Shown in pieces: positions 8,938 through 16,999 of a stretch of 64,000 nucleotides of DNA. This stretch comes from Candidatus Latescibacterota bacterium (lineage in GTDB: Bacteria; Latescibacterota; UBA2968). A model generated the notes under the pieces. It saw nothing but the letters and a program-made list of their open reading frames with translations. It had not been told where the DNA came from and made no database searches. The DNA lies in assembly GCA_965222605.1 (NCBI GenBank), contig OZ244960.1:608001-672000 (forward strand). Direction: 5' to 3'. Both the position numbers and the translations under genes were made by a program. Each line of letters opens with the position of its first letter. The stretch's first letter is position 1.

Positions 8938-11900
8938 TTAGAACATAATCTGGAACCCTGCCTCGATCTGCCTGGGGAACCCGACCCACCGGGTATTTTC
9001 TTGGGGATCGCCGAACGTCCTATAATTTGCATTCGTCGGCGCCGGCAGAATCAGGCCATAGCGGTACCAGCTATTTCTGTTGCTCCTGGAAAGGGCCCTG
9101 ACGTCCCGCTGGTTAAACAGGTTCGTCATATTCAGGAGAAAACTCGCCCTGAGTTTGTCGTTAACCCGAAACTGCTTTTCAAAGGCCAGATCGGTCATCG
9201 TTTGCATCGGCGCAAATTTATTCTCGGCTGCCTGCCCGGGCAACTGCACGGACACCGACTCGCCAGACTTGATCCGGTAGATCAGGTTGACCCGGATATC
9301 GCCCAGAATCGTCCCATAGGTCGGCGGCGTCTGATACACAAAACTCACCTTGCCGAAACTCTGTCGGCTCGACCCCTCGCCGATTTCCCCTCCGGTTGTG
9401 ATCGTTCGCCCTGCGGGAATCCGGTTCGGCCGGTTGAAAGACCAGAGTCCGGGAACGCCATAGACCGGAATCAACGGTTCGTCGGTAAGCGGATCCCAGT
9501 CTAAAGCCGTTCCGGCCCGCACCGACTGGATCATTGCATCGGCGGCCGCACTCAACACCTGAACTTCTTCGGACGTCAGCGGAACCGGCACTTCGTTTCC
9601 GGTGTTGGTGTCCCGGGTGAAAGTCAGCCAGTAATCCCCGTTGGCAATAAAACTTCCGTCGGGAATATAAAAGGTGCGCTGCTCGGCAAGCTGCCCCCGG
9701 GTGTGCCACTGCTGGTTGAAGGAGATTTGAAAGGAAAGGTTGTCGCTGAACGCCTTCCGCAGGGACAGTTCGAACCCCTTCGTATCCTCAAACGCGTTGT
9801 TCAGCGCTGTCCGGCTCGTCCGGATAAATCCCCGCTTCTGCGGATCCCACCAGTACGGATTCCAGTTGCCTACATAATCCGTTCCACTCCTGTAATACGT
9901 AGTCACACTGGCCGTATAATCGCGGTAGAAATTCCAGTCCGTCCCCACTTCCCACTCTATGGTGGACTCAAAGCCCAGGTCGGTGCTGGAAGATGATCCC
10001 CGCTGCACAAGCTGGTTGTAAAGTTCGGTGTCGTCAATCCGGCCATTGCCGTTGAAGTCCGCCGAGGATTTTCCGCCCCAGAACGAGTTGACATAGACCC
10101 GGTAGAGCGAAGGCATCTGGGCGAACACCCCATAGGAGAAGTGAATCGCGGCATCGGCTGTAATCGGATGGGATACCCCGATCCGCGGACTCCACTTCTG
10201 GTGGGGTTTGGTCTTTACCCTGGGCGCGTAAAGCTGGTGCCGCCGGTACGAGTTGGCCATCGGCGCCACCATCCAGAGTCCGGTAGATACGGCCACCGGC
10301 TCGAAGTTGTGATCCCAGCGATCGTAGCGAAGGCCGACGTTGACGATCATTCCCTCAAACTCCATCTTGTCCTGAAGGTACACCGATGTCATAATCGGGT
10401 TGATCGGTTCCCCGATCTCATCCGGCTGGCTCACGGTCTCCAGACGGGGACTCCCGTTGGATCGGACCTGTAGCCAGGTCCACCAGAGGCTGTGGTAAGA
10501 CATCTCAACTCCGGTCTTGACCAGGTGGCCTTTCGTCACCTGACTGGTCAGGTCGAACTTGATGCCATACCGTTGCCGGTTGTCCGCCTCATAGGAAGTC
10601 TGCCGGTTGAAATCCACGGTAAACCAACCGTCTGCGTCCAGGCTTACTCTCTCTGCGGGAATGCCTTCCAGAGGGCTATTCTGATCCGTAGGCACATCGG
10701 TGGTATCCCTCGCATCCCGAAACCAGGACAGCCGGAACTCATAAAACGTCTTGGGACTCAACGTGTGGGTCAAAGAGAGATAGGATAGATCGTTCTTAAA
10801 AAGATTCTTACCTGCGCCGCTCTGACCCTCCGGCAAAAAGATGTTCCGCGTGTGATTTCGCTGTGTTCCCAGAAAAGTCTGGTGGCGCTCGTAGATACCC
10901 CCCAGTTTCACCTTCATATTGTCCCGCGCATCCCACGCCAGCTTGTAGGATCCCTGGAAATTTCCCGGAGAGGAAAACCAGTTGGTCTGTGAGACTGGAT
11001 TTTCAAAAAATCCTCGCATCTCGGCTCGTGGTGTTGGTGAGACCAGCCCCTGATATTTTCCGGAAACGAAGAAGGAAGCGATTCCCCCGATCGGTCCGGA
11101 TCCGGTCCCTTCGGCCCAGTGCCCATGCACACCCGTATAATCGTACCGCTCGTGGACCTTTCGCCCATTGGTATCCACTTCGTTTTCCCAGGTCGGATCG
11201 CCCCACTTCATTTTACCCTGATGCACGGCGCTATCAAAGAGATTGTTTCCCCAGTGCTTCTTCCTAGGAGCCGTCCACCTGTACTCCGCTTTTCCGTGAA
11301 AATCCTTGCCCCCCTCCTTTGTGATCACATTCACGACACCGCCGATGGCATTCCCATATTCGGCCGCCATACCGCCCGTAATCACCGTCACCTCCTGCAC
11401 CGCCCCGGCATTGATCCCGGTAAACGGCAGTTGGTGCCGCAATTCAGAGGCCTCCATCGGAACGCCGTCCAGCATAATCACCACATCGGACGTGCCCGTC
11501 CGGAGGTGCCCCCGGTTCCCGGAGTAACTGCCCCGCAGCGTCGGCAGGCCGTCCAGGCCAGCCCCCGCCTGAAGGGCGACAATATCCGAGATTTCCCGGA
11601 TGCTGGAAAGCTGCTCAATATCCTCCGCGGTCACCACATACTGGCTCGTGGTCTTGTCCGGCTCGATCGGTGGGCGCTTGGCCACCACCGTCAACTCAGC
11701 CAGTTCAACCGTGGTCTCCTTCAGCGTAAAGTTCAGCGTTCTTGTAAAATCTGCCGCAACCGAAACCCCGGTCTGGGTCTGATTGGCATACCCCACCAGC
11801 GAAGCTACCATAGTATAACGCCCGGGAGAAACCGACAGGATCAGATAGACACCTTCCGCATCTGTAGTGCCCCCCAGTCGTATTCCCTCGAGCACCACGT

Positions 11901-12048
11901 TAGCCCCGGGCAGGGGATTGCCCTGCTCATCACTGACCCTGCCCGTAAGTTTCCCCGTGGTGCCCCCGAACGCCCCCCCTGCTGCCAAAGCGACAACCAA
12001 CACACCAAGCAGGAGGCTGGCCTTCCTCACAAACAGGCGATTGTCCAT
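8938..12048 (-). CDS. TonB-dependent receptor with N-terminal carboxypeptidase-regulatory-like domain
   Basis: GKLTGRV..PLPGANV; plug ITGGMAAEYGNAIGGVVNVITKEG; YLQDKMEFEGMIVNVGLRYD; SPRIGVSHPIT; terminal F. Confidence 0.9.
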   Translation of the reverse strand: MDNRLFVRKASLLLGVLVVALAAGGAFGGTTGKLTGRVSDEQGNPLPGANVVLEGIRLGGTTDAEGVYLILSVSPGRYTMVASLVGYANQTQTGVSVAADFTRTLNFTLKETTVELAELTVVAKRPPIEPDKTTSQYVVTAEDIEQLSSIREISDIVALQAGAGLDGLPTLRGSYSGNRGHLRTGTSDVVIMLDGVPMEASELRHQLPFTGINAGAVQEVTVITGGMAAEYGNAIGGVVNVITKEGGKDFHGKAEYRWTAPRKKHWGNNLFDSAVHQGKMKWGDPTWENEVDTNGRKVHERYDYTGVHGHWAEGTGSGPIGGIASFFVSGKYQGLVSPTPRAEMRGFFENPVSQTNWFSSPGNFQGSYKLAWDARDNMKVKLGGIYERHQTFLGTQRNHTRNIFLPEGQSGAGKNLFKNDLSYLSLTHTLSPKTFYEFRLSWFRDARDTTDVPTDQNSPLEGIPAERVSLDADGWFTVDFNRQTSYEADNRQRYGIKFDLTSQVTKGHLVKTGVEMSYHSLWWTWLQVRSNGSPRLETVSQPDEIGEPINPIMTSVYLQDKMEFEGMIVNVGLRYDRWDHNFEPVAVSTGLWMVAPMANSYRRHQLYAPRVKTKPHQKWSPRIGVSHPITADAAIHFSYGVFAQMPSLYRVYVNSFWGGKSSADFNGNGRIDDTELYNQLVQRGSSSSTDLGFESTIEWEVGTDWNFYRDYTASVTTYYRSGTDYVGNWNPYWWDPQKRGFIRTSRTALNNAFEDTKGFELSLRKAFSDNLSFQISFNQQWHTRGQLAEQRTFYIPDGSFIANGDYWLTFTRDTNTGNEVPVPLTSEEVQVLSAAADAMIQSVRAGTALDWDPLTDEPLIPVYGVPGLWSFNRPNRIPAGRTITTGGEIGEGSSRQSFGKVSFVYQTPPTYGTILGDIRVNLIYRIKSGESVSVQLPGQAAENKFAPMQTMTDLAFEKQFRVNDKLRASFLLNMTNLFNQRDVRALSRSNRNSWYRYGLILPAPTNANYRTFGDPQENTRWVGFPRQIEAGFQIMF

Positions 12049-12075
12049 AACAATACCCCCTTGCTGAAATAGAGA

Positions 12076-12792
12076 TTATTCGCCGGAAATATAAAACTTC
12101 AGTCCTGCGCCCACATCGAGTAAATGGAAGAAACTCGTTTTCTGGATGCCCCACACGGCAAAGGGACGAAGTTCTCCCAACACAAAATTGTAGCGTACCC
12201 GCAGATCCAGCGCGGCTCGTTCACTAAAAAAGAACAGCGTTCCACCCCCCACATTGATGCTGAGTGCCGTCCGCGTATCTTCGACCGGTTCCAGCAGGAT
12301 CGCCGGGTCAGGCGGCGCTCCTGGACTCGACGGTTTCTGCTCCGGATAGATCAGCCCGCTAACCTTGTTGGCATAATCGTAAAATCCGGTCCCGAATGTG
12401 ATGTAGGGCGCCCCTCCCTGGCCAAACCCGTTTTGCTTCAAAGCCAACAGCCAGTTGACTGATATACTGTTGAAGGTCATGTCCGAGCTGGCCTGTGGAC
12501 TTCTGTGATCCTTCCCATCAGCAAACCTGAAGGTCCGCTCCTCCAAACTCCCGTCGGAAAATTTGGCGTAGTGGTACTCCACCTCCATCAGCTTGCGAGG
12601 GCTGAGCATGTGGTGGACTGACACGCCAAACTTGCCGGTATCTGTGTACATATCCCGGAACTTGAAGAAGGGCCTGTAGAGAGAGCCAAACACACCGCCC
12701 CCCCAGTTTCCAGACAGGTCGGCGGCCTTTGCAGCTGAAGCCGATAACCAGACCGACAGAAATATCAAGCCAATGACTTTGATATATCTCAT
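12076..12792 (-). CDS. Small outer-membrane beta-barrel protein
   Basis: Signal peptide, alternating beta strands, PYITFGTGFY, GAGLKFY; paralog at 51166-51858. Confidence 0.75.
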   Translation of the reverse strand: MRYIKVIGLIFLSVWLSASAAKAADLSGNWGGGVFGSLYRPFFKFRDMYTDTGKFGVSVHHMLSPRKLMEVEYHYAKFSDGSLEERTFRFADGKDHRSPQASSDMTFNSISVNWLLALKQNGFGQGGAPYITFGTGFYDYANKVSGLIYPEQKPSSPGAPPDPAILLEPVEDTRTALSINVGGGTLFFFSERAALDLRVRYNFVLGELRPFAVWGIQKTSFFHLLDVGAGLKFYISGE

Positions 12793-13004
12793 CGTTTTGT
12801 CTCCTTTCTCCTTAATCGTTGAGATACGCTGTGATCCAATGTCGAAAAACTGTTTTCATTTTCTTTAAGGGATATCACAACAGCTACAAGCCCAAGGGAC
12901 TGATCCCTCGGGTTGACCGCACAGATCCTCTGTTTCGGGATCCTGTCCCCTCAATAAGATTTATGCAGTCGTAAAATGTGCTTAGAGCTTTGTTAATTCT
13001 CTGC

Positions 13005-13034
13005 TTGACAAAAGTAGAGAATTAACAATATACT
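13005..13034 (+). promoter_or_regulatory. Sigma70-like promoter with overlapping inverted repeat
   Basis: TTGACA-N18-TATACT; 17-bp inverted repeat 12990-13006 / 13012-13028. Confidence 0.65.
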
Positions 13035-13040
13035 GTATGG

Positions 13041-13124
13041 CCTGAGAAGGTTTGTGAATCTCCTCATGACATCCAAGCCGTTAGCCTCTCCTCACCAAAG
13101 TTGATGCTAACGGCTTACTTTTTT
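13041..13124 (+). ncRNA. Candidate two-hairpin small RNA, copy 1
   Basis: Follows the promoter; hairpin TGAGAAGGTT..AATCTCCTCA; hairpin AAGCCGTTAGC..CTCACCAAAGTT..GCTAACGGCTT plus T6; similar unit at 52038-52132. Confidence 0.6.
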
Positions 13125-13526
13125 AGGCCCTTATTCTTTCAGAATCTCCAGCCAGTCGGCACGCAGATGGTTTCTGAGTTCGCGGTAGTATTCTGGGCCT
13201 CTGCCCTTCCCCCGCCTGCCTTCCACTTCTTGTTTTCATCGCCTCCAAATCGTCTTCCGTGGCGCGTTTAATCACCAGATCAACCATTGGATATTGTCAA
13301 ACAAAAGCATTCTTTCATGTATTTATTAGAATGATTTATGGTCAAATCAAATATATATTCGCTTTTTTCTCTGTCAAGTGTTTTCTGCCATTTGCCGGCG
13401 CAAAGAGAGCAATCCTGCAAAGCCTACCTTTTAACCTAGATCGGGCTCGACCAGGCAGAATCGCTCTGCGCCTTTCCACAGCACCCGCTCTCTGATCCTC
13501 TGCCCTCTGCTGCCTTCAGCCGCACG

Positions 13527-15287
13527 TCACCGGTTTCGCATCTGTTCAACCACTGGTGTCGCTGGCGCCTCGCCGCTATAAAGTGCCCGCCCCCGCTCGT
13601 AGGACACCTCCACCTCGCCATCCCTCACTTCCAGCCGGGGCACGTTGTAATCTCTCGCATCCCGATCCGTGCCGCGCATCACGGCCAAATGCGCGTCCGT
13701 CATGCCCTCCACCATATCGTCGCCCCAGCGGTTCCACGGATGCACTATCTCCCCACCGCTGCGGTGAAAACTCCGCGACGAGTATTTGATCAAAATACCC
13801 CGCCTCGGGATGGGATTCTTCCACGCCGTGGTGCCGTGCGTCGTCGAGCCATCGGCAAAAAACAGCACATCTCCCGCCTCCATCACCAACTGCTTCGCCA
13901 GACCCATGTGGTCGTCGCATGACCGCACGCCCGGCGGCGTGGGGTATTTTCCCTTATGAGAACCCGGCACACAGGCAAACCCGCCAAGACCGGGCGGCAC
14001 ATCCCGCAACTGCCATGTAACCGTCACCGCCTCCGAATAGCTTCGCCCATTCTGAAACTGATAGCCCATGGGTGGATACATCGGTTCCCCGGCATCGTGC
14101 AAAGCATGGCCAGATGTCCCCTGGACAGAGCAAAACGCCGCAGGCCCACTCATTCGCGCACCGCTCCCACCCATCCACGTCAACCTGTGCTGCACCAGCG
14201 GATGGGCCACCATCTTCCGAAACGGCTCGCAATACAGCTCGGGAAGATCCAGCAAACCGCCCAGCACCGGACGTCCCGTGCCCGCCAGACTCTTCGACCC
14301 TCGCGACAATTCCTCCTGCACCACAATCCGATCCTCAAACTTGTCAACCGCCTCATTCGCCTTCTCCAACCATTCCTCGTCCATCACCCCTTTGAGAATC
14401 AAATACCCGTTCAATTCCCAGAAATAAAACTCTTTTTCATCGATATTGGAATTGGGATCTCGACTGTAAATTGAAGGATGAAACACCTCTCGCGATTCAT
14501 CCAGTTTTACAGTCTCGCCATCCGTCACAACCACAGGCGGAGGCGTCGAGTACTCATAATCCGGTTTGTAAAGCGACGCGCGCTGTTCGGGACTGATATT
14601 CCCATGCCACTCGGGAGACGGATCCTCCGCAACCTTTGGCCCCGTGCCCGCAGACTGAATCGCCGCCCGCCCCACATACTCGTAACTCAACAGCCGTTGC
14701 GACCCCTTCTCTCGCCACGGCCGCACCCCCTGCAATACCGTCCCTGCCACCAGAAATAGATCTCCAGCCTTCAGCGCTGGTTGGAACGTCAGACCCATAT
14801 CGTCCTTACCCGTAGCCACATCTCCTGGTGTCTCCACATTGACCTTGTGTGTACACGGCACCATCACAAATCCGCCATCGCCCTCTTCCACATCCTCAAG
14901 CGCCCAGATCGCCCGCACTGCCTGGCAATACCGGCGGCCATTCTGAAAATAATACGCCCTGGCCGGATTTCTCGGCTCATTGCCCCCCACCAGAGGTGCT
15001 CCTACATCCCAGGTCTCATCGCACAACAACTCTGGCTCCCGGTCCAACCGAAATCCATAGCCTACGACCTGATTCAGATACCACACCAATTGTGGATGAA
15101 TCATCAAATCCCGAAACACATCCCGAAGTGGAGAAGCCCATCTCAGCATCCCCTCACTCTGTCCCCCTTCGTCCAGCGCTTCATTCAGCGCCTTCACTTC
15201 ACCTCGGTTCAGCACGCCCGGGATGTGCAAATAGCCTGCCACATCAAAGCAGTAATTCTCCTCGTTGCTCATCGCTTCCCGGTCCAT
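13527..15287 (-). CDS. Two-domain PhyH-like Fe(II)/2OG dioxygenase
   Basis: Two repeats starting YCFDVAGYL and YFWELNGYL; GGFACVPGSHK; AGDVLFF..HG. Confidence 0.85.
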   Translation of the reverse strand: MDREAMSNEENYCFDVAGYLHIPGVLNRGEVKALNEALDEGGQSEGMLRWASPLRDVFRDLMIHPQLVWYLNQVVGYGFRLDREPELLCDETWDVGAPLVGGNEPRNPARAYYFQNGRRYCQAVRAIWALEDVEEGDGGFVMVPCTHKVNVETPGDVATGKDDMGLTFQPALKAGDLFLVAGTVLQGVRPWREKGSQRLLSYEYVGRAAIQSAGTGPKVAEDPSPEWHGNISPEQRASLYKPDYEYSTPPPVVVTDGETVKLDESREVFHPSIYSRDPNSNIDEKEFYFWELNGYLILKGVMDEEWLEKANEAVDKFEDRIVVQEELSRGSKSLAGTGRPVLGGLLDLPELYCEPFRKMVAHPLVQHRLTWMGGSGARMSGPAAFCSVQGTSGHALHDAGEPMYPPMGYQFQNGRSYSEAVTVTWQLRDVPPGLGGFACVPGSHKGKYPTPPGVRSCDDHMGLAKQLVMEAGDVLFFADGSTTHGTTAWKNPIPRRGILIKYSSRSFHRSGGEIVHPWNRWGDDMVEGMTDAHLAVMRGTDRDARDYNVPRLEVRDGEVEVSYERGRALYSGEAPATPVVEQMRNR

Positions 15288-15440
15288 CTCTGACCTCCTG
15301 TTAGAAGATTGGGGTTTATTAGTACATTTAATACATGGTACGCTAATTTTTGGCTCAATTCAAAATAAAAATGCTTATACTGTTACAATGGAATTTCTCC
15401 GTGCGTCTCTGGATCAGATCGGCCTGCTCCAGGAGGAACA

Positions 15441-16733
15441 TTAAGGCAACGCATACACCCACATAAACCTTCGGTCGTAGATCAGTGCTTCCTCCCTACC
15501 GTCATTGTTCATATCACAAACCTGCATAGCATAGCTATAACCGATGTCGTCGAGCCGTGTGCGCTCCAGGATACCCGCTGGACAATCGGGATGTTTTGCA
15601 TTCGCAGGCGGTGAAAACTCCAGCGATATCTCACCATCCCCATCCATCCCCCAGGGCCATCCGCCATCGGCATACCCGATCCATGTCTGGCTCCCTCGAA
15701 GCGCGATAATCGGCCGGTTTCTGTGCATGCGGAGCTTTTCCCCGCCTTTGGGAAAACCCATCGGCCAGACCCGCTCAGTGGGCCTGCTCCAAATTTCTAC
15801 GCCGGATGGATCGTAGAGCACCACAGGGCCGTTTGGCGAATTGTAGAGCGCGACCTGAAATTCAGAATCCGAACGGAAGCGTCCCAGAGCCGTACCCTGG
15901 CAATGAATGTGTTCTCTCGAAAAATAAGTCCTGCCACCCGCGCCAAAAAGGTGCAGCTTGTCGGACGCGGCAATAGAAAAAACCGGACCGCTGGCAGTGT
16001 GAAACACATCCGTGTAATCCACATGCTGTTGGTCTGCATTCAGTGTTTCCGGATCAACAGCATCCACCGTCCACAAAATCTGCCCATTCACACCCACGGC
16101 ACAGTATCCGATTAGATACGTCTGCTCGTCATCCACATCCAGGGACAAAATGTGGTGCCCACCTCCCGGAACAGCTTTGGGTCCCCATACCGGCTCCAGA
16201 TCCGCATTCAGACCCAGCACCGGCTCGCCATACCGCCACAAACCATTTCCAGCCTCTCCATTTTTGATCGCAATAGCAGCCTCGTGTTTATCGGTGGGCC
16301 GTGCAGTGGTCTGGAGGATATAATAATTTTCATCGGGAAGACGGGCGCTTTTTACCTCCTCCCCCGTCTCACCGTCCAGGATCACAACCCTATTGCCATC
16401 TGCTACGACCACTTCAATGCGTCCGTCCCCGTCAATATCCCCTGTAGCGATACAGGCCTCGTAGGAGTGAGAGATATAGGGAAAGTGCGACGGGTTTGGC
16501 GTCCCCCAGGTCCACAGGCGCTGGCCATCTGCGCGAAAGGCCGAGACAGACACGGACTTGGGAAACAGCGCTTTTACAAAATCCCAACTCCTGAACGGCT
16601 CCGGCCCAAAGATGCCCGGTCCCTGATAGGTGAGAATCTCCGGAATCCCATCTCCGTCGATATCTGCCGGAAAACACTCTGCCCCGCCGTATTCCTCAAA
16701 CGCGATCTCAAACATACACGATACCGTTGTCAT
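15441..16733 (-). CDS. FG-GAP/VCBS-like repeat beta-propeller protein
   Basis: DIDGDGIPEIL, GDIDGDGRIEVV, DMNNDGREEA motifs. Confidence 0.65.
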   Translation of the reverse strand: MTTVSCMFEIAFEEYGGAECFPADIDGDGIPEILTYQGPGIFGPEPFRSWDFVKALFPKSVSVSAFRADGQRLWTWGTPNPSHFPYISHSYEACIATGDIDGDGRIEVVVADGNRVVILDGETGEEVKSARLPDENYYILQTTARPTDKHEAAIAIKNGEAGNGLWRYGEPVLGLNADLEPVWGPKAVPGGGHHILSLDVDDEQTYLIGYCAVGVNGQILWTVDAVDPETLNADQQHVDYTDVFHTASGPVFSIAASDKLHLFGAGGRTYFSREHIHCQGTALGRFRSDSEFQVALYNSPNGPVVLYDPSGVEIWSRPTERVWPMGFPKGGEKLRMHRNRPIIALRGSQTWIGYADGGWPWGMDGDGEISLEFSPPANAKHPDCPAGILERTRLDDIGYSYAMQVCDMNNDGREEALIYDRRFMWVYALP

Positions 16734-16804
16734 TGCAGATCCCTTTTCATACACAAAACCGGGACTTGCGGTAAGCCCCGGTTCTATACACCCTGCAAAA
16801 CTAT

Positions 16805-16890
16805 CTATAGCCCCTGCAATTCAATCTCACCAGTGGCAATGCGCTGCAACGTCCGGACGTAGAGCCTGTGTTCCTGTTGCAACATCCGGG
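16805..16890 (-). pseudogene. 3' remnant resembling a formyltransferase (PurN-like) C-terminus
   Basis: Manual translation RMLQQEHRLYVRTLQRIATGEIELQGL*. Confidence 0.4.
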
Positions 16891-16999
16891 GCCTCGCTTG
16901 CAATCGTCCTGTTTTGCAGGCGTCGAGGATGGCCTGCATATTGGTACCTCTGAAAGCCCAGCTGCAAGATCCGTCCAATCGGCATTTTCCCGTTCCTCC

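Noticed and set aside
13041-13124. tRNA or known riboswitch
   Set aside because: No cloverleaf and no aptamer consensus I recognise; orientation is opposite to the operon.
13123-13290. Short minus-strand ORF fragments upstream of the candidate sRNA
   Set aside because: Two frames, no recognisable family; cannot support a toxin or leader peptide call.
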